A stretch of 56,541 nucleotides of DNA, filler included, from Sphacelaria rigidula (Eukaryota), in the NCBI GenBank assembly GCA_964200075.2. It is 7 parts of 7 records of this genome, joined end to end, with 100 filler letters (N's around TTAATTAATTAA, not from the genome) between each part and the next. Parts side by side here need not be neighbours in the genome. Positions count along the whole stretch, not along the records: positions 32,370 to 40,360 come from CAXNAA020012720.1; positions 40,461 to 48,451 come from CAXNAA020012721.1; positions 48,552 to 56,541 come from CAXNAA020012722.1; 4 more parts are not named here. One strand, written 5' to 3'. The translations under genes and the position numbers were made by a program. Below, piece after piece: positions 36,503 through 48,899 of this stretch (position 1 is its first letter; every line of letters begins with the position of its first letter). The notes beneath the pieces were generated by a model, which did not search any database, was not told the DNA's origin, and was given only the letters and a program-made list of their open reading frames with translations.

Positions 36503-39460
36503 CCCCCCGCCCCCACNNNNNNGTCGCCCGACCCGTCTGCGCCACGTCACAGACGCCATCACTCAAGACCACACCATGGCGCTCGAAGAAGACGCTGTCC
36601 CCATCGAATATTCCAGCAAACACGGGGGCTCTCGGAAGAGAGAAGAGAAATTATATTTCTACCCGCATCACGAAGCCATCATGGTGGCCCACAAACGGTC
36701 AGAGTAAGAGGGGAAATGTTTCACGGTGAATCAGAGGGTCACATTTGAAGACCCCTTCGGCAGCACAATCAGCGGGAAAATGCCAGACTGCTGGCAGAAG
36801 ATCGGCGGCGGGCACACCAAGATGTTGACATACAAGCAAGGAGCTCCGGCCGGCGGCCCCGAAAATTATTTCCCCCCGGGATTGTTGCGCACATTCGTCT
36901 GGAGGTGATGGCGCGTCCGGTGGTTAATGGAAGGCAGAAGCCACCCCTCGTGATGTTGTCAGACGGTACAGTCATAGTCGATATTTGTATGTATTGGTAG
37001 TTTTTCAAACCGTGTACACTCGGTCCTGTACCACTTTTTACTCCGATATACTCGATCACTAAACTGTTGGGGGTCTAGTTTCTTCTCCCTCATACTAGCG
37101 TAAGGCAACTCGTCACGCGACAAGCGGGTTGTTGTATGTACTATTATATCAGGGTAGCGTGTCACGAAAGGCGCTGTTCATTTGTTAAGCGACGAACCTC
37201 ACAATCGACCACTCTGCGCGGATCGCAAGGTCTCACTTCTGCGTCGTTAATCCAGCGTCGTTGCCTCTTCATATCCATGAAGGTTCACCAACAAGGGCGA
37301 CGCTGTCCTTGGTGTTGGGGTCGAGAGTACACAGCTGCTGGAGATCGCCCTCCAAGGCGGGTGCCCTATCGAGCTCTTTCTCTCAGATGCCAGTGTCTCC
37401 GTCGTGGTGGATGATCGCATAGAGAAGACGTTCCAGAAAGCATTCTCCTCTGAGCTCTTCAAGGTACAGAGAGCCACACCACAGCTAGGCGGTATACATG
37501 CGAACATAAAAGTCGTGTTCCCTGATTGCCGTAGCGGCGGGTCTTCATGCAGGTGTAACAGGTTTTCGTTCGTGAGAGGTGTCAAGAACTCTCACCAATC
37601 TTTCCACTGCCGCTGGGCTCGTTTTCACCCTCTATTTCTCGACAGCACGATATCAGCGGCGCAGTGTATGTGGGCCCAGGGTTGCTCCCGTCGAGCTGCC
37701 GGCCGACACGACCCCGCCGGCATTGCTGACTCCTGCCGTCGGTACTTCTGCTGAAGAGGTCATAAAGACCGCCGTGCAGCCGTTCGGATACACAGTAGAG
37801 GTGAGAGTGCTTCGGGCGATCCAAACGGTGTTCATATCGAGTCTTGTTTACTAGCTTCTCGGCCGTTTGAGGGTCGCACAGTGAGGACAAGGTGGTGATC
37901 AGGCTAGCGGGCACCTACGCACCAGTTTTAGTCTTTTCGCATATTTCTTTACGCATTTGCGAGTCAAATATACTTTCCCTGTACCATACAAGAGGATACC
38001 CTAAATTGTACGGGCCGTTCACCTTGCCCGGATTTTGGTCCGATCTTCGTTTTATATTTTTGGTCGATTTTCGGTTGAAGCATATTTTGACTACATTTGG
38101 TACTTCCTTCGTACGAATGAAAACAAATAATCAGGCCCGAAAATTGCCGCACACCCCCCTTTCTAAACTCCAGAGAGAAACAACATTTTAAAAAAACAAG
38201 GAACAATAATCACAATCGCGAATCAACCACTAGGTTTACGTATTACCGTGTGCTGACCCCACTGCCTTCTTCACTGACAAACCTTGCTGGTAAAACCAGC
38301 GCTGTTCGGCTCGACAACGGCCGAAACTTTTTACGAGTGCTTCGAAATAGTAGAATAAGTGCGATGCTCCGGTATATTTCGGCCCATTTCAAGTAAAGAA
38401 CTCGTTATTCTATCTTTACGTGGGCTAAGTCTGCCCTCTAACGTCGTAACGAAGCCATCTATAAAGCCGTCACAGCGACCATTATACCCAGACAACGGAT
38501 TGCCCTTCGGTACCCTAAATTATGGGACAGGCGAGTGAGAAGGCCATCACTCGGGGGTCGACTTATCACCTCCTACCCTTCTAGTCGCGACGCGGAGATT
38601 TCTAAGGAAATGGGCACGACATGCCAAACAGAATGCGTATCGCGCTTCGAATATACAGAGTGTGTATCGCTGAGAACCTGAGGGGTGGGGTTTGTCGCGG
38701 GATCTCGTACCATCGTTTTCACACGTCTACAGTGAATGCTTGAAGTCTATTACACACTACTACTTCCCCTCTTCGCGACGTGACTAGGAACCGCGTCTCG
38801 CGTATTCACCTCCACCACGCGTGCAATCCAATTTGGTCACAGTTTTCGAGTCTAGATCAGGTCAATAGGCTGCACGTGATCGCGAAACAAGGCCAAGAGG
38901 TCGCCTATCCGGACATTCCCGTCTGGGGGAAGTATAAAATTTACGACACTCCGGAGGACGCCCTTCATTCTATCGACCATGTTGTAGAGGAGAAGTCTAT
39001 CCACCTTATTTTGGTTGCTACCAACAAACAACTGAAGAAAATGTTGGAGCCTGGCAAGGAGACGTGTAAAGCAAAGGCGGTGTTATACCTAGGAGTGGCG
39101 GAGACAGGCCCATTTTCCTACCTCACGTGGGAAGCAACGGTCGATGATGAATCCATCGACATAACGTCGCAGATTCCCCATGTAGGTAGTAGAGACGCTT
39201 ACGTTGCCGCCGCTGTAGGCAGCGAAGGCGGAGATAAGCACGCTCTCATTGCTTGTGTACCAACACCTCGCGTGCGGAGCAGTAGATTAGCGGCGAAGAA
39301 GCCTGTAGTCATTGGTGCCGGGGATCTTATTGTTAGGGGCCCTGGATTTTAGAAAAGGTGGCTTGGATTCAACCCAGCCGCTAGTCCCTGCGGCGATGAT
39401 GAGGAAGACGATGCAGATGAAGATGAAGACACTGCCGATGACGGCGCGGGAGATTGACGG
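32920..39460 (+). pseudogene. Decayed multi-exon gene of unrecognised family
   Basis: A series of + strand protein-like blocks (33944-34291, 34492-35102, 35941-36137, 36545-36905, 37387-37800, ~38860-39460). Several are bounded by AG/GT splice signals and interrupted by frameshifts and stops. Confidence 0.4.
36159..36516 (+). mobile_element. LINE ORF2 C-terminus and 3' end with 76-nt poly-C tail
   Basis: LEGGMRDLNEGGMKSFGTWNCSEKTIAILGDRWWQQKAKQEGDKI continues into GGTCAATGGTCAAA..GGCAAGCAAAAAACGAGTATG and a C-run at 36426-36501. The EKTIAILGDRWW motif is recalled from brown-algal LINE RT C-termini. Confidence 0.75.
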
Positions 39461-39913
39461 ATATCATGTTTGCGGCTTCGGTTTTGACTACGAGGGTCTG
39501 TTTTGATGGGGTTGGATTGGGATAGGTTTTTTTTTCGGTGGGGGGTTATGGTCCTGTCGCGTTGTGCGTGATTTTGTTTCGGGGGCAACCGTTGATGAGA
39601 GTAGACGGCGTCAACGCTTGTCGATCGCAACCGATGGTAAACATGATGCGTTACGGGTTCACCTCCACAGGTTACTTCTTCCGAATAAGAGCTTGTCCTC
39701 GGTACTTCTGCAGTTCGCAAGTCGCGTTGCCCACTTGAGCCTCAACTCAGAGTTGAACCTCAATTCGCACAATTTGCTGTTACTAGGGAGAAAGAGAAAA
39801 GTAGAGGAGAGGAAGCCAACTATATCATCCAGAACCTATGAACATGTACCCTGAATATGCAGCATTTGATTATGCTGCGATAGCCCCACCCACAAAGACA
39901 TCCATGAGGCAGT

Positions 39914-40120
39914 GTGTAATGCGTGAGAGGACCGCGTGCTTAGAGGACCGCGCCGTTGTTCAAAACACCTCAGGGTCGACGTTTTCCAAACCCAATCGGG
40001 CCAGTGCCTGCAGGTACCACACCCCTGATCCTAACCCCAACCCTAACCCTAATCCTAACCATAGGGGTGTTTTAATTCCGATGCGGCCCTCTAAGCACGC
40101 AGTCCTCTCACGCATTACAC
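39914..40120. mobile_element. MITE-like element with ~55-bp TIRs enclosing telomere-type repeats
   Basis: GTGTAATGCGTGAGAGGACCGCGTGCTTAGAGG / CCTCTAAGCACGCAGTCCTCTCACGCATTACAC, with internal CCTAACCCCAACCCTAACCCTAATCCTAACC. Confidence 0.75.
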
Positions 40121-40243
40121 CAGATAATAAGGCAACTCATTGTGGGCTGTCAACCACATGGAAGATAATCAGTAGGCTTCGGACCGAACAAACTTAGCAG
40201 GGTGCAGCTCGCCCTTTATGCGACTCACCGAACACACCACGGA

Positions 40244-40360
40244 GCTTCGCTTGGTGGTTTGACTGCGAGCCTGTTTCGGCGAAAACCTGGCGTGCTCCGT
40301 CCTGGCATTGTAGGGATGCGAGGTCAATGGTCTTATGACTATGTCATGCATGATCATGAG
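40244..40360 (+). mobile_element. LINE 3' end, subfamily B
   Basis: Reverse-complement match to 24058-24177. Sits at a contig edge. Confidence 0.65.
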
Positions 40361-40460
40361 NNNNNNNNNNNNNNNNNNNNNNNNNNNNNNNNNNNNNNNN
40401 NNNNTTAATTAATTAANNNNNNNNNNNNNNNNNNNNNNNNNNNNNNNNNNNNNNNNNNNN
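40361..40460. other. Artificial contig linker
   Basis: N44-TTAATTAATTAA-N44. Confidence 0.98.
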
Positions 40461-43408
40461 CCCGCGATCGTTACGGTCGCCAGCGAGGTAAGTGTTGGGT
40501 TGGGTTTCCTCCTTCCATCAAGAAAAAAAAAAAAAAAACACGACGACAGGTTACTACACAACACGGGGCAACATCCCCCGACAAGCGAAAATGAATCAGC
40601 GAACAGACAGGCAACCATAGGGGTTATCGAGTCATTGAAAGAACTGCCCTACAATGAAATGCCGCCGAGTTAGGTGGCGGTGCTGCACGAGGAGAGTGCT
40701 TCGAGTTTCTCCCCCGCGTTATGTTTCCAACCCTATTTTAACACGCATATATTTTATCGTGGCCGTTCTCAGCATGGCGTCTCTCTCGCCAGTCCACTTT
40801 CGTGTTATGTTTCTCGTTCTCGTTTCTTCCATTTTGTGTATCCTCTCTCTTCCTTGGGTCTTCTTTCCCGAGTGTGCTGCTCCGTTCATCCACCTTGGGC
40901 TATACTGTCTATCTACTGTATACCGTGTTACAACGGTTGATTTCATAGCGAATCGGTTTTTGTAAAAGCAATCAACCACACCCTGGATGGATATTGACAA
41001 CAGATACATCGGCAGTAAGTGTACTGTGTACCGTATCGAATCCATTGCCTTTTGCATTGGATAACCGAGTATTCGATACTGTACGCAGTAGACTTTTCGT
41101 CATGTAACCTTTTGTCTTGTCCAGGGTGTGTAATGAATAGCTCAATCACTCACTCACGACTATTGGTTTGCATCTTCACTGCGTTACAACTGGGATTCAG
41201 TCAACCTACGGCAATCACTCACTCAGTCGATCACTCCGTCCATCAAGGCTCAATATAATCAAAATGACCGCGTGGCTTGAAACCCACCGCACACCAAGCA
41301 CTAACGCCAAAGGCCAAGTGCACGACAACATACGTGATCACCAGACTTCGGTAGGAGATCTGACTGACCGATCACTACAATGATACATTTTCAGAGGGAT
41401 TACCACGGAAATATTGCACGAGCCAGTCGTTGGCCTTCTGGGGTATGCATCTATATTTACTCTATCGTAATACATGTATCGTTGCCCTTTTGGGGGTATG
41501 CCTCTACACTTGTCGTACACATGAACAACTCATCAATACAATTACTAGTATCTGCTCCCATGTCTCTCCACTCCGCAGCGGATAGATAGACAGCGAGGTT
41601 GAATTCATTTTCGTGAGTAACAAGGTCTCGAGATTCCACCCTGTACAATGGGGTTATGTTTAGAAGTGAGGTGAGGCAACGAGCCAAGCCAAGATCTAAC
41701 CGACCGCTTCACATCAACCACCAACCGTCACCGTCATAACACGCCATAAGCAGCATGACATATCTCATGCCGGGCGACGGATGTGGGCACATGCGGGTGT
41801 AACTCTCCGCAACCTCAACTCTTTAGGGATCGGGACTCCGCTAACCAGGGGTGTAACCCTTTGACTGCGGGCGGTGATCCATTCGTGAATCGGCATCATT
41901 TGCAGGCGTTTTTCGAGTGAAGATGATGCCGATTCGTGATGGATCCTCACCCCTGGGTAGGGGGGGGGGGGAGCGGGCGTCCTCATTTGGCAGGGGTGGG
42001 GGGGGCGATCCCAAAAGGGTTTAATGTACTGCTGTAGTATCATATGTGATCCGGCGTGATCAGGGCGTCAGCTCTTGGTTCCCAAGCGGATATCACAGTG
42101 AAAACTGTGTTTGCCGAAATGAAGGGCGAATTTTTCAGCCGTCTGGTTCACTCTCATGTTCAAAAATTCATTGATCAGTAAATGTTCACGCCGATTCATG
42201 GTCTCAAGACACTGAAAAAAAGCACAAAAATACACTACGAGGGAATTACGAAACTTCCGACGGGCGATGTTTTTTTCCCTTTACTGGTTATCGAGGGTCC
42301 CCACGCAGAGTGGCATGTGACTCACCAGGACACTGGGATCCCCCAAACCGGCAAAACAAAACAAAAAAAGCAACGTCTATCGAAACTGGTGTAATGCCTC
42401 ATAGTATACTTCTTCTGTTCCATAATTTCGGGTAGTCAAGTTTGTACGGACCTTCGGCCGCCTCCGATTCTTTTCTTTTTCGTTTTCTGAATGCATTACT
42501 TGGCGCATTTCTAGTCTAAAGCATCTTTCTTCGCAACAGATGTCCCTTGCCCCACGCGACACAATCGAAAAAACATCAGTCGGCCCGAAAATGGCCGTAT
42601 TTCACCCCCTTTCCGGGAGAAAAAACACGTCGAAAATTAAAAAAAATAAATGAATAATAATAATGTAACGACCAGGATAGTTAGTCCACGAGTCTACACG
42701 TGTCAACACACGCGACGGGACCCTATCTCCCTCGACATAGTTCCGAGAATGCCCATGGATCCCTCCGCTTCGTTGCTGGAATGTTTATGTCTCCGGCATA
42801 GCTCCGGGAATGCCCCCCCAGAAACAATAGTCTGTCCTCTCGGGTCAATGTCAATCCTGTCCCTGGAGTAATAGTCGTACTCCAACTCGAGGCGGTGTCT
42901 CTCCCGACACCCCCTCGAGGCCAATTCTCCATTCGACCCCGTCGTCTCTCTCCACACAAGAACGAACTGTCTAGGCATGTCCCACGGCCAAGTGCATGGC
43001 TCCTGAGACTACTTCTCTCACACCCAGGGGTAGTAGGTAGCCCTAAGTAGAAGAAGAAAATGAGAAGGAGAAGACTGATGTACAGTCGCCATCAATGGAA
43101 CTTGATGCCAGCGAGTCCCAAGCCTTTTTGAAGGCCTCTTCACCGTATTTTACCTCCCTTTCGAACGTTCCCGCCCTTTGCCGCATCGTCACCCCGGTTT
43201 GTCCCACACTAAAGTTGTTGTCGCCTAGCTCCCGGGGTGTTCGGTTGTAAGGCTTGAAGAGATTTCGCGCCAAACCTTTTTAACGTGTCACCGTCGTTCC
43301 ATTCGTGCTGCTGAAAAGACATTCTTCACTAACTCATCTACCGTACTCGCTTTTATCCCCCGCAGTCGTGACTTGAGAGGTGCAAAAAAAGCCCATGTCA
43401 GTAACGTT

Positions 43409-43665
43409 CACACGTCGGACAGCTCATGAGCTACCGCAAATAACAAATCGAAGGGGACTCTCAGATTGCTCATCCAAAAACACAAATTACGTGACAGCAG
43501 GGCCCGAGAAGCCAAAGCGCTACCTTTGCGCTTCTCCGCGTGCTCGGTGTCCAGCGCTGTAGGGAGAAGATATGGAAAAAGCGATCACATGAGCTAGCTC
43601 GTGATCCGGATCAGTGCACTAATAAGAAGTAATATTTAGGTAGCTCATGAGCTGTCCGACGTGTG
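43409..43665. mobile_element. hAT-type MITE (257 bp) with perfect 8-bp TSD
   Basis: TIR CACACGTCGGACAGCTCATGAGCTAC / GTAGCTCATGAGCTGTCCGACGTGTG. GTAACGTT is duplicated at 43401-43408 and 43666-43673. Confidence 0.92.
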
Positions 43666-44669
43666 GTAACGTTCAAGTCCGACGACTTCGAAGGTTGAGT
43701 GACGAGCTCTATCAACCACCCCTGCCCCATCCCCACTTCTCAAATTTGGGTACAGTTTGGCTCATTTGCATGTATAGACAACTAATTTCGTGTTTTTTGT
43801 CTTCTTCTCCAGTTTTCGTCTGCGCTGTATCTTTTCCAAAAAAATCCAACTATAAAATTGTCACCGACACCGTTATACCCAAACGACCTAAATCCCTTAA
43901 CTACCCTAACCTATGGGACAGACAAAGTATGCGCGTAAATTTCTGGATTCTGACTACCAGAATCGGCGTCAACACTTACGACTGTGTGCGACGAAGTGGG
44001 CTTGAAAGGTACAAACACCGACATCTATGGTTTTAGTATACGTTTAACTCAAAACGACGTCATTGCATCATTTCGTACAACTGTTCCTTGGACTAGCCCG
44101 GGACGCGTGCATTTATATTCTTCGTTTCGAGCCCTTTCGTACCGGCTTCCGGGGGTCCCAACGTGAAGACCCCCGGAAGCCGGTAAAGAGCGGGGACACT
44201 GTGAAATATTTTTCAACATTACATTCTGGGTCGGTGGCGCATATCATCCGTGAAAATCCGACGAAGCCAAAAAAAAACACATCGCCGAAACCCTACGGTT
44301 TGGGGGATAATCCGAGCCCGTCGTAACCCTTGCCAAATCTGGTTTCCCCCTTAGATTCCAGAGGTGATGGCAGTTTCTACGGTTTGAAGCATATGGAGAT
44401 TGGGTAGAAGTTGCGTTGGAAATTCACATTATAATTTCAGAATAGTTAGAAGGCTGCTGATTGATCGAGGCACCTTTTCGCACTTAGCGCCACGGCTATG
44501 GCCTTGAAACAAAAGTCCGGCTTTGTCACCCTCTTCAGCTGTCCATGGCGGTTAGTATGATACCATGTACGCGAGTACTGGGTAAATATTGCGGAGGGTA
44601 TTTGTTGATGAATAATTTTGGGTCAAAATCGCAAACTAGTCCGTATCTCTTCCTGCTATTGTGATCCTT

Positions 44670-44953
44670 CACACGTCGGACAACTTATGAGCCAACTCAG
44701 TTTGTGGTGTATAACTAACTCACCGGCCGGAAATATGCACCGCTGAGTTATCTTCTATAGCTCACCCGGCCAGAATGTACACTGCTGAGTTATGTAGCAT
44801 AACTCACACAGCCAGATTTTGCATGGCTGAGTTATGCTGTATAACTCACCCGGCCAGAATGTGCACCGCTGAGTTATGTTGCTACAACTCACAGGTGAGT
44901 CATGCGGGGAAAAGTTGACTCGAGTTAACCTGAGTTGAGTTGTCCGACGTGTG
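44670..44953. mobile_element. Second MITE of the same TIR family carrying an internal 42-bp palindromic array
   Basis: TIR CACACGTCGGACAACT / AGTTGTCCGACGTGTG. Possible decayed TSD TGATCCTT/TAATCTCT. CTGAGTTAT at 44743, 44785, 44827 and 44869. Confidence 0.85.
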
Positions 44954-46469
44954 TAATCTCTCCCGGCACACGTACCTGCACTTGATACTTCCATGAGCCT
45001 GACTCCTTTTGAGCGCACGACAAAAGCATCAAGTTGTCTTGCTATGTAAACTCAAACTCCAATTTACTAACTACGAGAAAAATATGTCACAATACCGGCA
45101 GCATAGATAGACGCCATGTGCAGGACACGAACTTGCTCACGCCAAATACGCATCTAATGAAGATGAAGCCTTCGCTGGACACGCCTCCCGTGAGGCGAAA
45201 CCGCCAGGAGCATCGTGTGCAGCAAGTTGGTGGAGGTACTCTGATAAATAGCAATACACTCATACCCTATCTCACCGGCCTCAATCCATCCGCCTCCGGA
45301 CTGCACTCCATCTCCCCGCGCCTGTTGCGGGGTAACAATCTTTCCGCCACATGCTCCGGAAAAGCTGTCATGTTCGCTGGCTTGCAAGCCGCTGACAAGT
45401 ATAACTGCCGCATCCACCTTCGATTGAAAAGATCCCACCGTCGTGCAGTGACAGTCAAAACAAAAGAAGAAAGTGACCAGCAAAAAAAAGGACGCTGTGG
45501 TGGTGAACTGGATATCAACATATCAACTCCTCAGGTACCGTAGCTCGGAACGGCCCAACTATAGGTATGTTTCGAGGCTCTTGTCATCGCTACAATGCAT
45601 ACAACGTTTCAGCTTTCCGTGTAAGCGTGAATTTAAGCGCGTTACCTTGAACTGATTTGTACGTAGTACAGACGTGTCGGGTTGCACCTGACATCCACAT
45701 ATCCACACCTCACCTCCTCCAATAGGCACGTGCGCACGCCCGATGGCCGAGAAACAGGCGCTCGAAGGCGGGTGTTGAGCGCGGACGCAGTACTACCGCC
45801 CGTGCTGTGTTATGCTTAAAAGTACTTACGACAGCATACGCATTGGCTGAAGTACATAGACACTCCGGCCTGACTGCTATGACAAGCATTTTTCGCCAAG
45901 GCAACTTCAATCGGTGTGGCGTGTGCTAGCATTGCGATGGACCAGAGCTAGGGGCACCCATTACACGAATCATACTCAACCAGAAGATCGCGAGCCACAC
46001 GCCGAATCTATTTGCATTTCCTTGGACGGGATTGCATGAGGTACCATCGTACAGTAGTGGTGCGAGCGCTATAATGAGATCTGTTCGGGTACACGCTGAA
46101 AAGACGCGCACGAATGCCGACCGTGAAAGGCAAGCTCCACATCGACGTCAGCTCGTTTTGGTGCGTAACGTTGCATTTGGTTGATTTTTCAGCTGCTAGT
46201 GCAGTACAGTGCAGCGCAGTGCACGATAACGCAAGTGGTACAGGGAGGTCGGCACGGACGGCAAGCGAGGCTGCGCGGCGAAACAACACTGCTCGTACGA
46301 ACGTTGCGAAAAACTGGCGCAACAGGACAGTAAAGGACGGTACAGTCAGTGTAGGGCAGCACAGTGCAGGCAGTGCAAGGATGAGGTGTATTGATCGTTC
46401 ATTGATTTTGATTGATTGTCGCACTTCAACGCTTTTGGGACCGATCCCCCACTTACACGGGGTTGACCC

Positions 46470-48451
46470 TGTGTTAGTGAAATAATACAAAATAAGTCAG
46501 GGGGCGACCTGCCCAATCACGGCGAGACGAAATTTATCGACCAGACCCGGACGACCAGCGCGGGGACCGTTGCCGAGTGTGATGTCACTGCAAAGATCGT
46601 GTGGGGGCCGTATCCCTGGGAAGGCACAGATTAGCCTTCCCAGATTTGCAAGTGCAGAGCGATCGGAACTTGGTTTATGGAATTACTTGCGTTCAGTATA
46701 GCGTTCTCGAGATTTTCCGGGAGTTTTTTGGGTCGCCAGCCTACTCTGAAACGCAGTAATTCGACTAACACAGAATGGAGTGGAAAAAGACGGGAAGGAG
46801 TGTACATGCTACAATGTGATCATTTTCACGAGACACGAAACCCAGGTGGGCCGTGGAAAGACAAAAAGCTATCGTCATGAATTCTGCTTATCCCTCTGTC
46901 GATGACTTGCAGTGTGCAGTCAACATGTTTGTAATGTGCGGGGATGAAGAAGCGGTATACAGGCAGTTGATCTCGGTAGCTGAGAACTGCCCAGAACGTG
47001 CAAGGAAGTATGCAGCGGCAGCTGCTACTTTCGTCGGAGAGGCGTACTGCACTGTACTGTACTATTATATACTGTTGTATGTATGCGCGCCGCAATGCTG
47101 ATGACCTTCGAAGAGAATTTCCCGCATGCAACAAAGAGGGAAATGGCGGCCCACCACAAAGGGCTGTGTGGTAAGGTGATGGGGACAATAATATCACCCA
47201 AAGCCACAAGTGGCGGGCGACCCGCCGATCGCCGCATCCTGTTGAAAACTTTTTACGGCGACCTGTACTGCTTGCTACGTCAGATGTACATTATACCTAA
47301 TGCGCATCCTGCACCTGAAAATAGATCGGATGACATTTTCGGTCTTTCTCATGAACCTGCGATTACATACGCGGATTCTCAGCAACACGCCTCTGTTTCG
47401 TGGAGACGCGAGACACGTCATTTCTAACCGGCCTCATTGGTCGTTCTGGAGGACCGGTCCCAGAAGGGTTAACTGATCCCCAGGGATCCAGCCGTGGTCA
47501 CATGATGAGCATACCCAAGAAAAAAAAAAAATGTAAACATTCGCTGAAAAAAAATGGACCAGAAAAACTATCTACTGCAGAATAAATACCCCGTGAGCAC
47601 ACAGCAATCGCATGTGATCCTACACGATAGTTACGGACCGGTCGAGCGCAATCACCCAGTTTCATTACTTCATTGCGGCATGGTTGGCGGTTGTCGCAGA
47701 ATAGCTTTCAAATGTATCATTGCTGGTTAAAGGGAAGAGGTGAGTGTCTCAGGTGAGTGTCAACTCTTCTCGGACTGAAGCTCACTAACAAGCGGTTCAC
47801 CATGTGTTAGTGAAATAGTAATAAACAAGTCTGGTAGCGACCTGTCCGATCAGGGTGAGGAAATTTATCGATCACATCAGAACGACCAGTGGGGGGGGGG
47901 GGGCTGTCGCCGGGAGTCATGTCACTGCAACGTTGGTGTACCCTGTCCCTGGCCCACAAAAAAGCTCGGATTCCCGATTGTATGTAGGCCTGACCTCCCG
48001 TCCCCCGAAATTCTTCTGGGTCACCATCCCATAGTAAACTCTAGTTGATAACACGAACATGTGGTGCTCGGGGGAAATTCGGGAATAAATGTACCCTACT
48101 ACATATGTGGTCATGTTCACAAGGCGACTGAATCTGGCAACGCTGTGGGACGACAGAAGGAGCTAGAGGCATGAGTTCTGTGTATCCCTCTGTGGAAGCG
48201 GTACAAGCGGCAGTGAGGTCGTATGTAATCGATAGTAAGGAACTTGCTGTGTATAGGCAGCTGATCTACGTCGCGGAGAACTGCCCAGAACATGTGAGGG
48301 GGCATGCAGCGGCAGTTGCTGCTGCATTCGGGAAGGCGTGCTGCACGGTGCTGTATCTGCGGCGCAACACCCATGCCGTTCGAAGAGAATTTGCTGCGTG
48401 CAACATAGAGGGAAATCGCGGCCCACCCCGATCACAAAGGACTGTGTGGCA
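46470..48451 (+). repeat. Diverged ~1.3-kb tandem duplication with paralogous short ORFs (46877-47101; 48171-48451)
   Basis: TGTGTTAGTGAAATA...GAAATTTATCGA occurs at ~46470 and ~47803. The ORFs share YPSV...AV...AVYRQLI.VAENCPE...AAA...CTVLY. Confidence 0.75.
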
Positions 48452-48551
48452 NNNNNNNNNNNNNNNNNNNNNNNNNNNNNNNNNNNNNNNNNNNNTTAAT
48501 TAATTAANNNNNNNNNNNNNNNNNNNNNNNNNNNNNNNNNNNNNNNNNNNN
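48452..48551. other. Artificial contig linker
   Basis: N44-TTAATTAATTAA-N44. Confidence 0.98.
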
Positions 48552-48899
48552 AATTTTTACTCCCCGTAAAGAATCAACTATAATACAAAACCCGCGTCTT
48601 CCTGCCCCGAGCGGTTCTTCCCCCCCCCCCCCCCCCCCTCCCCCTCCCCCACGAGGTATACTATCGACAGCCTTTGTGGTCTCATGTTGTGTTCTGTGGC
48701 ACAGTTGACATGAACATACTGTATACAATACCACGAACACTTGCGAAGAACAGCACCAGCACGAGCTGTCCTCGCATGCTCGCGGGAGTTTTCGGGGAAA
48801 CTCCGGCAGCTTGCTCTGCAGTCCGCGGGCAGTACGGTACAGCATGGCACAGCACGCATCTGCGCGCCTACAGTGATTCTTGTAGCTCTTTATTTTACT

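Noticed and set aside
36312..36748. Poly-proline / poly-glycine ORFs
   Set aside because: These are translations of the LINE poly-C tail next to Ns.
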